Below, one piece after another: positions 1 to 11,500 of a stretch of DNA of 64,000 bases. Origin of the DNA: Scenedesmus sp. PABB004 (taxonomy: Eukaryota); assembly GCA_014905635.1 (NCBI GenBank), contig JABVCE010000002.1:2294001-2358000 (forward strand). Direction: 5' to 3'. How positions within the stretch are numbered: the stretch's first letter is position 1; each line of letters starts with the position of its first letter. A model generated the notes under the pieces. It ran no database searches. It saw nothing but the letters and a program-made list of their open reading frames with translations, and had not been told where the DNA came from. The position numbers and the translations under genes were made by a program.

Positions 1-2906
1 GCGGCCCTCGTCGGTCACCGCGGCGAGCACGGTGGAGCTGAACGGCGCCCACGCGACGTCGCCGACCGCGGCGCCGAGGTCAAAGCTCAGCAGCGGCGCG
101 CGCGCCTGCGCGACGTCCCACACCTGCGCCGCGGCGCGGCGCGCGGGCGCGCGGGCGCGGCCGGCACGCTCGGTCGCCGCCGCACACGGGCCCGCCCGCC
201 GGGCTGCGCGCGCCCGCCCGCATGCACTGCCTCCTGCACGCGCTGCCTCCCCGCGCTACCTCCCCGCGCCGCGCCGCGCCTTGACGCTCCAGTCGGCGCT
301 GCACGACGCGAAGAGCCCCGGGTGCAGGCCGTTCCAGCGCACCGCGTAGACCGGCATCGCATGCCCCGCGTAGCTCGCGGCGTAGTCGCTGCCGTAGGCC
401 TTGGAGCACGCGTGGATGGCGCCCTCCTCGGTGCCGACCAGGTACGACTGCTCCCGCCCCGCCGCCGGGCAAAAGTCCATGCACAGCCCGCCCACGACGT
501 GCTGCGCCGCGGCCGGCTCGGCGCCTGCGCCGCCGACGCACCCGTCGGCGCCCGCCGCGCTGGCAGCGCCTGCCGCCGCGGCCGCCGGCGCCGGCGCGAC
601 GGGCGCGGCACCGCCGCTGCTGGACAGCGCCGCGACCGCGGCGACGCCGCCGCCCGCAGCGCGGTCCTTGGTGCTGGACTGCAGCCGCATCAGGCGCTCC
701 GGCAGCAGCTCGCACTTGGCGAGCGTCCAGAGCGTCACGTCGCCGTCGCTGGAGATGGAGGCAAAGGCCAGCGTCTTCTGCAGCTCGTCCGGCTGCCGGC
801 GTGGCGCGGCGCGCGGACGGGCGGCGGCGGCGCGCCCGCGCGTCGGCCAGCCGGCTGGGCGTGCGGGCGGACGCCGCTGCGCGCGCAGACAGAGCCGACG
901 GGCCCCGCCCCGACCGCCGCACCTGCCAGACGACCTGCCACACGGGATCGGAGTGCTTGCGCCCCGTGGCCGCCGTCGTCGCGAGCGGCGCGTCGCCCCG
1001 GGCGCGCACGTCGTACACGGCGACGCTGCCGTCGTAGCACCCCACCGCGAGCAGGTTGGCAAAGGTGGGGTGGAAGTGCAGCGCCATCACGCCTGCGCGC
1101 ACCGCGCCCATCCGCGGGGTCAGAGAGGGCGCGGTCAGCGCGGCGCAGCACGGTCAGAGCGCCCCGCCGGCCGCCGCGCCGCGCACCCGACGGCGTGGCG
1201 ATGGTGCGCTCCGCGTGGGAGGGGTTTTTGAGGCTGAAGACGCTCACCGCGCCGCCGCCCTGGCGCTGAAAGTTGAAGCTGCCGTACGCCGCCGCAAACT
1301 GGTCCGCGTAGCCGCTGCTCCACGCGAGCGCGGTGACGTGCTTGCGCCCGCGCTCGCACCGGAACTGCCACAGCGGCAGCAGCGAGCCCTCGCCCGGCCT
1401 GGCGCGGTCGGCGGCGCGCGGCGCGGCCGCGGGCGGCGGTCGGCCCGCCGCCGCCGCCGCCGCCCGCCGCCGCTGCGGCCGCAGCGCGCGCGCCAGCGGC
1501 GCGCGGCGGCTGCCGCCGCCGGCCCGCCCGCCCGCGCCGCCCCGCCCGTTTGCTGTGCGGCGGCGCACTTGAGCGCGTCCGAGGTGTCCTCCCAGTACTT
1601 GTAGTCGAGCGCCACGTCAGCAAAGGTGTTTTGGTTGACCATGCGGTCCAGGATGCGCAGCCCGTCGAGCAGCCCCGGCGCGCGCGCCCACGCGTCGCCG
1701 CCCGCCGCGGCGGCAGCGGCTGCAGCGCTGCCGCACGCGAGCGCGCCGCCGCTGCAGCTGGTGCCGGCACCGGCGCCGCCGCCGCCGCCGCCAGCCGCCG
1801 CGCCGGGCGCCGCGCCGCCGCCGGGCGCGGGCTTCTTGCCCGCGGCGCGCTGCTTGGCGGCCTCGTCGGCGCGCTGGCGCTCAAAGTCCCGCACGTACTC
1901 GTCAAACATCTCACGCATCGAACATGAGCCTGGGCACGCGCCGGGCGGCGGCGGGGGCGGCGGCGGGGGCTGTCGGCGCCCGGCGGCGCCCGCGGCGGCG
2001 CCCGGGGCGCAGCGCGACTGCGCAGCCGGCGCATGCGCGGCGCGCGCGGACGCACCCGACGCGGTCGCGGTGGGCGGCGGCTCGGTGAGCGTCGCGCGGT
2101 CGCGCGGCGGGTAGACCGCGGTCTGCGCCGCGCGGTCGCTGAAGTTGAACTGATTGCGCAGCGCGCGGCCGTCGGCGGGCGCCGGCTCGGGCGCGGCGCC
2201 GTCGGGCGCCGCGCCGTCGCGCTCGCGTGCGACGCGCTCGGCCGCGGCGCGTGCGTCGGCCTCGGCGCGCTCCGCCTCGAGCTGGCGGCGGGCCTCCTCG
2301 CTGCCTCGGTGCAGCAGCCAGCCGTCGCAGCCAAAGTGCAGCACCGTCTGCTCCACCATGGGCTCGAACTTCCAGGCCCGCTCCTTGGTGTTGAAGCGGG
2401 CCACGTTCTGGGGCGCGACCGGGTTGTTGGCCGACAGCAGGCGCGGCACCTCCTCGGCCAGCGCCGCGTCGCTCAGCGAGAGCTGGTTGGCGGGCCGCAC
2501 GACCTCGCGCGCCGGCTGGCGGCGCGCGCGGCACGCGCGCGGCGGCGCGGGAGTGTGGGTGGGCCGGCGCGGGCGGCGCGGGAGTGTGGGCCGGCGCGGG
2601 CGCGCGCGGGCGGCGCGGCGCCGCGATGCTGGCGGCGAGCAGCCTGCGAGGCCGCACCAGCGCAAACTCGGCCAGCGCCGGCGGCTCCGGCGAGGCCGGC
2701 GGCAGCTTGTCCTTGCCGGCGGCGCCCTTGCGTGCCTGCGCGTCGCGGTGCGGCGCAGCGCAGCGCACGTGAGCCGCAAGCAGTGGCGGGTGTCGCGCCG
2801 GCTCGCCGCCGTGCCGGGGCCCCGCAGCGGCCGCGCGCCGGCGTGCGCGCGCCTTGGCGCCTGCTCCATCCTCCTTGCGCTTGAACAGTCCCGAAAACGG
2901 CGGCAT
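1..2906 (-). CDS. DNAI1: Outer-arm dynein intermediate chain IC78/IC1 (WD40), multi-exon, 3' end runs off the window
   Basis: Joined exons give MPPFSGLFKRK..., LRNQFNFSDRAAQT, ILDRMVNQNTFADVALDYKYWEDTSD, GSLLPLWQF, FAAAYGSFNF, FSLKNPSHAE, GVMALHFHP..LLAVGCYDGSVAVYD, KHSDPVWQVVW and YLVGTEEGAIHACSKAY. These are DNAI1-family motifs. Confidence 0.9.
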
Positions 2907-3551
2907 GGCGCCGCGCGCCGCGCTGCCGCCGCTGCGCCTGCGCTGCCCGCTCGCGCTGCCGGGCGCTCGGCGCGTGTCGGAGGGCGTGGAAGCAGGGCGC
3001 GCGATCCCGGGATGGCGGGGCGGGCGCCGGAGAGCAGGCGCGGGCAGGCGGGCGCGGACGCTGGCGACGGCGTTTGACCGCCCGTCGCAAGGCCCCCGGC
3101 CGCCCCATCAGCCCTCCGGCCAAGCCCTCATGCGGCTCCGCGCGCGCGGCAGCCCACCCGCAGTGCTCAACACCGATCGCCGCCCGCGGGCGTTCGCACG
3201 CGCGCCGCGGGCCAGCGGCACGCCCCAGCGCTCAAGACTGGGAGGGCAGCGCCGCGCCGGCGCCGCAAGCAGTCCAAAGTGGCCAGCGCCCTGCGCCGCA
3301 CAACAGTACCTCCTCAACGACAATGCCCGTCGAGACGGGGACGGGCAGCGCTGCGCCGACGCCGCGAGCAGAGGCCCACAGCGGCCGGCGCCGTTGTTCG
3401 AGCAGGCCGCAGGCCGTGTTGGTCTCCGATCACCGCAGTCTCGAGAGCTTGCAGTAATACGATGCCAATGCATTGTGCAAGACCATGCCGTGCAGCTGCG
3501 AATTGAGCGAGTGCTTTCAGCAGCGCCCCGGTGCGGCTCACGCGGCCGCGG

Positions 3552-5401
3552 TCACGCCCAGCCGAGTTCGTCGAGGGCGTCACACAATGAAAATGCATCC
3601 GGCACAAACGGCCAGCTGCGGTGGCGGCGGTGGCGGCGTGTGAGCGGCGGTGCCGCCCAGCAGCGCTGCGCGCGGCGGCTCACCTCTCGACGTACACGCC
3701 GGCCATCTGCCGGTACGTGAGCGTGTTGTGGAAGCAGCAGCTCTGCAGGAAGTGCTGGTTCTTGATCTTGGCAGTCAGCGCGTGCAGGCGCCGCTCCAGG
3801 GCGCGCTGCTCGTCCGACGGGTCGACCTGCGCGTCGGCGGCGGGCTCTGAGCCCGCCTGGGGCGCTGGAGCCCCGGCAGCCCCCGGCGGGCAGCCCCTGC
3901 CAGCGCCGTCACCCTGGCCCCGCCACGCGCTGCGCCCACCTGCAGCTGCAGCTCCTCGTGCCTCTCCAGCTCAGGGAGGCCCGCCTGCAGCGGCGTGGGC
4001 CAGCTGGCGCCGTCGTCGGGCGCCGCGCCGCCCCCGGCGTCCACGCGCGACGCTGCGCCGCCGGTCACCGCGCTCGGCGCCGAGCCGTCGCTGCCCAGCG
4101 ACCACAAGCTGCTGCCAGACGCCTGGCCTGACCCCTGGAGCCGCAGCATGCGCTCGACCGACTGCACCCGCCGCTCCATGTCCGCCCGGTCCAGCTGCGG
4201 TGGCAGCGGCGACTGCTCGTGTCCCTGCTCCTGCGCCTGCGCCTGCGCCTGCTCCTGCGCCTGCGCCTGCCGCACTGCGTGCCGGCGGCGTGCCTGCTCC
4301 GCGGCCGGCCCGACCAGCGCGCCGAGCGCCTGCGCCTGCGCCTCAAAGCGCTCCCGCGCGTCCTGCTGCTCCTGCTGCAGCTCCGCCAGCCGCGACGACA
4401 GGCGCGCGTGCTCCGCCATGAGCTGACCCTTGGCCTGTTTGACCCGCTCCCAGCTCGCATGCAGCGCAACCGTCTGCTCCTCGCTCAGCTGCAGCCCCTT
4501 TGCCACGTGCGGCCAGCCGTCAGCGTGGGGCGCGGGCTGGCCGGTCTCAAGGTTGACGAGCACGTTGGAGAACAGCTTGGCCGGCGAGTCAAACAGGCCG
4601 CACAGGAGGATGCGCTCGCTCAGGGCGTCAAGCACCTCGTGCAGCTCCTCGCGCGGCGACGCGCCGCCGCCGCCGGGCGGCGCGGCCGCGGCGCGGTCGT
4701 AGCGCGGCAGCAGCAGGGCCATGCGCTGCACCGCGGCGCGCAGGTAGGCGCGGCGCTCGGGGTTGCTGAGCGCGAGGTGCGCAGCGGCGCGGTCGGGGTC
4801 GCGCGTCGCGCGGCGCAGCATGCGCATCGCGTAAGGCGCGGGGGCGCCGCCGTCGGCCGCGGCGCTGGCGCTGTCTTGTCCGCCCGCCTCCAGGCGCGCC
4901 ATCTCGCCGCGTACCGCCGCCTCGCGCGCCTCCAGCTTCGCCAGCAGGCCGGGGCTGTCGCCGGCGGCGGCCGCGAGCGCCGCGCTGGCCGCCGCGCTGG
5001 CCGCGCTGGCGCCGCCGCCCTCGGCCGTGCCCAAGCTCGGCGTGCCATCGCTGGCTCGCGCGCCTCCAGCCGCGCCGCTCGCCACGCCGCTGCCCGACGA
5101 CTCTCCGCCGCCGGCTCCGTGGGCGAGGGCGGCGGTCGTGGCCGACACGCCCGCCTCCAGCGAGTCGATGCAGGCCGTGAGCGCGCGCTCCCGCCGCAGA
5201 AGCTCCTCCTGCTCGGCCTCCAGCAGCTGCACCTGCGACAGCCGCTGCCGCAGCTTCGCCTCCAGCGCGCTCACCCGGTTCCTGCGGGCCGGTGCGCGTG
5301 CGACGAGCCGTCGCTGCTGCTGCTGCCGCCGCTCCTGCCGGCGCTGGCGCGGCTGCGCGGCTCCGCCGGGGCCCGCACCGATAATGATTGCCGCTCGCCA
5401 T
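3552..5401 (-). CDS. Uncharacterised protein with N-terminal leucine-zipper-like coiled coil (paralogue A of tandem pair)
   Basis: Exon 1 MASGNHYR, then a GT-AG intron, then NRVSALEAKLRQRLSQVQLLEAEQEELLRRERAL. Long exon in ORF 3775-5274. Last exon SWPFVPDAFSLCDALDELGWA* (TGA at 3552-3554). Collinear similarity to the gene at 6174-8328. Confidence 0.8.
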
Positions 5402-6173
5402 GGCGGCGGCTCACGGCGGGCCGCGCATGGCGCTCGCCGAATGCGCCGCCGGCGCTGCTCTCGCGTGGCGGCCTTGGGGCGGCCCTGTGCGCCTCGTGCG
5501 CTCTACGGCTGCTGCGCGACCGGGCCAGAGAGTCAATGAGCTGAGTGGCGGCGATCCAGCGGTTCAGCTCCAGCCGAAACACCGACCGCGCCGCCGCAAG
5601 TCGCAGCGCCACCCGCAAACGCCAAAGTGCTGCCCGCGCAGGCGCTGCCATCAGCGCGCCGCGTGATTGGTTCTTGATTGATTGATTGATCAGCTTGCAG
5701 TGCGAGGGAGTGCCAACCAGCAAGCCGCCCTGTGTGTGTGCCGGCGAACAAGTGCGTGTGCCGGCGGCGTCGTGCGTGCGCCCGTGCGTGGGCTGCGGGT
5801 CCGGCCCCGCGCCCTCCGCGTTGAGCGGCGCACGCAATTCGGATCCTCACAGGTGCAGTGTCTTGTCAGCCCTGTCCCGATTGGGCAGTTGAGTTTTTTT
5901 TTGTGGTGCCACGACCAGCGGCGCCGAGCGACGCGTGCCTCAACGCAGCGCCGTGTGTGATTGGTTGGTCGATGCTGTGTGCTCAAACGTGCCGCGATCG
6001 CAGTGCGCACTCGCTCACAGACGGGCAGCGCTCAACGCGTGCCCCAAACCGACTGAAAGCCGTGTAAAGCCGTGGCCTTGCACGTGGAGACCAGGCCCCA
6101 GCGGGGCGGGAGCGCCGCCGGTTGACTGATGCAATCGAGAATTGAGCAACTAGTACAAGTCGCAATGTGCAGC

Positions 6174-8328
6174 TCACTGCGCCGCGCGGGCGGCGCCCAG
6201 CACGCCGAGCGCCTCCAGCGCCTCGCAGACTGGCGCGGCGACACGGCGGCGCGGCGGCGTGAGGCGCGGCGGCGCGCGAGGCGCGGCGGCGCGCGGGGCG
6301 CGGCCTCGGCTGCCACGGCCCCCCAGACTCACCCGAAAACGCGTCCAGACAGAACGGGTACGCCAGCACCAGCGCCTCTGCGAGCTGCCGCCTGTCCAGG
6401 ATGTTCACGACGCTGATGAGCTGCGCGCCGCGGGCGGGGCAGGGCGGCGGAGCAGGTCGAGCAAGGCGGGGCGAGGGAGCGAGCCGCGCCAGCCGCGCCC
6501 GCTTCGAGCCCCCTGGCGCGCCCCCCGACGCGCGCGCAGCCGCCGCGCGGCGCCCGCGGCGCCGTGGCGCGCGCACCAGGCAGACGTGCTGCAGCTTGAG
6601 CGCGCCCGTGGCGCGGTCGAGGCGGCGCTCGAGCGAGAGCTGCCGGCCCCCCGACACTGGCAGCAGCTCCTCCGCCCGCACCGCGGGCGGCACCGCGTCG
6701 CCCGGCGCGGTGAGGGAGTTGTGACTGAAGGAGTTGTGGCTGCTCACCACGGCCAGGCCGTCGCTGCTGGCGGCCGGCGCCGACGCGCACCCTGACCGCA
6801 GCGGGGAGGCCTGCGCGGCGCCGTCGGCCGCCAGCTCTGCGCACGCGTGGGCAGGCGCCATGCCGGGCTCCTGCTTCACGGCCACGGCGCCCGCCGGCGG
6901 GCAGGCCCCCGCCGCACCGCCGGGCGCCGCCGCATTGCACGCCAGGTCGTCAGCGAGCGCTGTGAGCGCCGCAACAAGCGCGCGCGTGCCGCCGGCCGCC
7001 GCGCGCGCGCCCGCCGCGGTGCCGCGGCGGCCCGAGCTCGCCGCGAGCAGCTCCGCTGCCAGCGCGCTGGCCTGGCGCTCCAGCTCGGCCTCGACCGCCG
7101 GCGGCTCCGCGGGCGGCGGCGCCGGCGAGCGCGGCGCGCAGGCCGGCGCCGCGTCCGGCGGGCCCGTCGCCGCGCTCGGCGGCGGCAGCAGCGCCAGGCG
7201 GTCCGCTGCGATGGCAAAGCGGCGCACGCGCGCCATCTCGGGCCCACGCACCGCCGCCAGCGCCGCGGCGGTGGCCTGGTGCTGCGCCTCGAGCGCGGCG
7301 GCGCGCGCCCGCACGTGCGCCCACGCCACGTCGAGGGCTGCCGCCTGCTCTCCGCTGAGGGACGCCGCGAGCGCCTGCGCCACGTGGTGCCAGAAAGCGT
7401 CGGGGTACGGCTCAAACTGGCCCGTCTGGCGGCGGCGGCGGCAGCGTGTCAGCGCGGCGGCGGCGCGCGAGCGCGGCCGCGGCGGGCGTGCGCGGCGCGG
7501 CGCGGCGCACCTCCAAGTTCGTCACCAGCGTGCTCAGCATGCGCGCCGGCGGGTCGAGCAGGCCGCACACCAGCAGCCGCTCCACGAGGCCGTCCACGAC
7601 GACGTGCAGCTGCTCCGCCGCGGGGCCGGCTGACGTCGCGGCCGCGGCGTTGTATTGCGGGAGCAGCACGCCCAGGCGCATCACCGCCGCGCGGTGCTGC
7701 GCCAGGCGGGCGGCCTTGTCGAGTGCGAGGTGGCCCGCGGCGCGGCCGGGGTCGGCCGTCGCGGCGCTGAGCAGCCGGCTCGAGTACAGCGCCGCGTACG
7801 CGTCGCCGCCGCCGTCCACGCCCAGCTCGCGCAGCGCGTCCTGCACCTGCGCCTCCTTGGCCGCGACGCGCGCGAGCAGCGCGCCGCCACAGCTGCCGCC
7901 GCGCGCCGCGTCGGCGGCCGAGGCCGCGGCGGTCGCAAAGCTGCCCGACGACGCTGCTGAGTTGGACGACGCGCTGGCCGCGCCGCCGCCGCCGCCGCTG
8001 CTCGCGCCCGCGAGGACCGCGAGCTCCGCGCGCAGCGCGCCCTCGCGCCCGCCGATCGCCGCTGACAGCGCGCGCTCGCGCGCGGCCAGCTCGCCGTTCT
8101 CCTGCTGCAGGAAGTCGAGCTGCCGCAGCCTGGCGCCGATCGTGGCCTGCAGCCCCGCGACCGAGCGCCTGCGGCGGCGGCGCGTGAGCAGGGTGGGGGC
8201 GCGGGCGGCGGGCGGCCCGGGCGGGCCGCCCGGGCGGCCGGCGCTGCTCGCGCGTGCGTCCGCTGCGCGCGCGTCCGGTGCGCAACACCCCACGCCGCTC
8301 ACGAGTAGAAGTTGCCGTGTTGGCTCAT
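6174..8328 (-). CDS. Uncharacterised protein with N-terminal leucine-zipper-like coiled coil (paralogue B of tandem pair)
   Basis: Exon 1 MSQHGNFYS, then an intron, then RSVAGLQATIGARLRQLDFLQQENGELAARERAL. Later LVERLLVCGLLDPPARMLSTLVTNLE|TGQFEPYPDAFWHHVA. Ends ILDRRQLAEALVLAYPFCLDAFS|VCEALEALGVLGAARAAQ*. Confidence 0.8.
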
Positions 8329-8577
8329 TTGCTTCTGAGGCCGGGCCTCTCGCGCGCCGGCCGGGACGGCGATGCGATGAACGCGCCGCTCGCCCTCTGC
8401 CCGCCCACAGGTTTCGCGCGGCCCCGCCGCTGCGCACGCGCCGAGGCCGCGGCGAGCTCTCTATCCCGAAAACACAGGCGGGATGAAACGGCGAGGCTAC
8501 CAGTGTCGAGCCGGCTTTTTTGATTGCCGGGGCTGCCCTGCCTCCCGGGCCAGCGATTGCTCCGCCCCTGCGCTGAA

Positions 8578-11500
8578 TCAGTCCTGGCGGCGCACGGCAT
8601 CGACCCTGAGCGGGGGGGGGGGCGAGCGGTTCTCCGGCGGTTCTCCGGCGCCGTGCACCGCGCACCGACGCGCGCCCGCTCACGCGCCCCCGGCTGCCGC
8701 CGCGAGCAGCCGCGCCGCCGCCTCGCCCGCCAGCAGCGCGGCGGCGCCGTTGTCGGCGGCCGCCGCGTCGCGCAGCGCGCGCAGCGCCGCGCCGCGCTCG
8801 GCCGCGAGCGCGCCGCCGCCGGCGGGGCCGCCCAGCAGCGCGGTCAGGCGCAGCGCGCCGAGCGCGGGCTCCCAGTCGCCGTCGCGCGCGGCCGCGGCCG
8901 CGAGGTCCAGGCAGCGCGCCGTGGCGCCGGGCGGCGCCTTGCGCGCCGCGGCCGCGACGAGCGCGCCGAGCACGGGCGGCAGCGCGAGCCGCGCGCCGGC
9001 GGCGGGCGCCGCCCCCTGCGTGCGCGCCTTGCCGGTGGCGGCGGCGCCGCCGCGGACGGGCACCGGCGCCGCGTTGGGGTTGACGTTCTCTGCGCGGCGG
9101 CGGGCGGAGGCGGCGGTGAGCAGCCGCGCCTGCGCGGCGCCCGCCGCCCGGCGCCGCGTGCCACACCTGCGTCGTCGTCGTCGCTGCCGGCGTCCTCGCT
9201 GCCGCCCGACGACGCAGCGGCGCCGTCGTCCTCCTCCGCCCGGGCCGCAGCAGCGGCCAGCGGCGCGAGCCAGTCGTCCGCGCCGCCGGCGGCCCCGTCG
9301 ACGAGCGCCGCGGCCAGCGCGGCCGCGTCGCCGCACACCGCCGCGCCCGCGGGCGCGAGGGGCCCCGCCGTCAGCGCCTCGGTCCACTGCAGCAGCCAGG
9401 CCCTGAGTGCAGGCGCCGCCGCCGTCGCCGCCGTCGCCGCCGGCGGCGTGAGCAGTGTGCGCAGCAGCTGCGTGTTGAGCGCGACCGCGCCTGGGGGCGG
9501 CGGGTGGTGTGGCGGGCGTTTCGCAGCGGGTGGGGGCGCTGGCGGCGGCACTGCGCGCCGCGCCACGCCGCGCGGCGCGGGCAGCCGCGCGGCGGCTCAC
9601 CCCTCGCGTCGTCGCTCAGCGGCGCGTCGCCGCCGGCCGCCGCCGCGGCGCCGCGCACGCCCGCGAGCAGGCTGGCGCCGCACTCTGCGGTCGCCGCGGT
9701 CGCCGCGCCGAGCGCGGGTGCGAGCTCGCCCGCGAGCTGGCTGCAGGCGGCCAGGGTCTTGAGCGCCGCCCACACGTCCCTCAGCAGGCCGTGGACCTGC
9801 AGCACCGCGCCCAGCACCTGGGCGCCCAGCTCGCCCGCCCAGGCGTCGGCGGGCAGCGACCGCAGCGCGGCGCAGCCTGCCGCCAGCTGCTGCAGCACCG
9901 CGACAGCGCCTGCGGCGGGCGGGTCGGGCGGGGCTGGGCTCCGGCAGGCCGCGCCGCGCGCTGCGCGCCGCTCGCCGTGCGCTGCACGCCGCGCCGCGCG
10001 ACCCCCCCCCTTCCCTGCCCGCTCGCGCGCGCACCTTGCGCCAGCGCCCCGGGCGCCTGCTCCGCAGCCTGCGCGAGCAGGTGCACGCCGCCGCGCGCCG
10101 CCAGTACGCCGGTCGCGAGCGCCTCGAGCGCGCGGCCCGCGACGCGGCCGCCGGTGCCCGGCCGCGCCGCCGCCGCGGCCGCCGCGCCGCGCAGCAGCGG
10201 CAGCATGCGCGGCAGCGCGCCGCTGCGCGACAGCGCGCCGCGCCCGCTGTCGCTCATGAGGAGCAGACCGACCGCGGCGAGCGCGGCCTCGCGCGGCAGC
10301 GCGCACGCGCGCACGTCGTCGGCGCAGCCGGGGCAGAACCAGTCGCCCTCTGGCACCGCGCCGAGGGGCGGGTCGAGGCAGTCGGTGTGGTGCCCGCGGT
10401 CGCAGCCGTCGCAGAGCAGCATGCTCGCCTCGGGCTCCGCCTGCCCGCACGCGGCGCACGTGACGTCGTCGACGGCGCCGGCGCCCGCGCAGGCGGCGTC
10501 GGCGCCGCAGCCCGGCGGCGGCGCCGCCGACGTGGCGGCGCTGTCGTGCCCCGGCCAGGCCAGGCCGAGCGCGGCGCAGAGCATCGCTGCGAGCTTGGGC
10601 CCCGTGCCGCCCGCCGCGAGGCACGCGAGCACCGCCGCCGCGTCGGCGGCGGTCGCCGCCTCGGGCGCGCCCGGCGCCGCGCTGGCGGCGAGCCAGGCCG
10701 CCGCGCCGTCGGTCACCGCCGGCGGCAGCAGCTCGCCGCTCGCGAGCAGCGCCATGCGGCTGGCCAGGAGCTGCCGCGCCGCCGGGAGGCACGGCAGCGC
10801 CTCGGCGATGCGCCACACGCAGCGCTCGCCCGCCGCGCTGGGGCAGGCGGCCAGCAGCTGCTGCAGGGCGGTGGCGGAAAACATGCCCTGCACGTCGCCC
10901 ACCTCGCCTGTGGCGGCGCGGGGGGCCGCGCGGTCAGAGACGCCGGCGGTGCGCGGCGGTGCGCGGCGCGGCGGCAGGGCGGCGGCGGCCACACGCACAG
11001 AGCTCGTGGAGCACCGCCATGCCGATGCCGGCGCACAGCTCCGCCAGGCCCCCGAGCAGCGCGAGCCAGCTGCCGGGCGTCTCCTCCTGCGCGCCGATCG
11101 CCACCACGTCCACCTCGCCCTCGCCCTCGGCCTGGCCCTCGGCCGGCGGCCCGCCGCCCGCACTGGGGCCGGCGCCGCCGGGCGCCTTCTTGCGCTTGCC
11201 GCCGCGACCGCCGCGCGGCGCGGGCTCGGGTCCGTCCGCGGGTCCGTCCGCGGGTCCGCCGTCGCCGGGGCGCCGGCTGCGCGCCTGCTTGCGTGGCGGG
11301 CTGCGGGGGTCGTCGACCGGCGCGTGGCTCAGCAGGTGGGTCATGAGGCACGACGCGAGCGACAGGATGTCTTCGAGCGGCACCTGCACCTGGTGCGGGC
11401 CTGCGGCGCGGCGCCAGGGCCGGCCGGCGGCGGCGCGTCGGGGGCGGCGGCGCGTGTCGCCGTCGCCGGCGGCGGCGGCAGGGCGCTGCGCCCGCCGCGC

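Noticed and set aside
5830..5902. AT-richer segment ending in T9 as a Pol III RNA gene
   Set aside because: No tRNA cloverleaf, A/B boxes or recognisable snRNA sequence.
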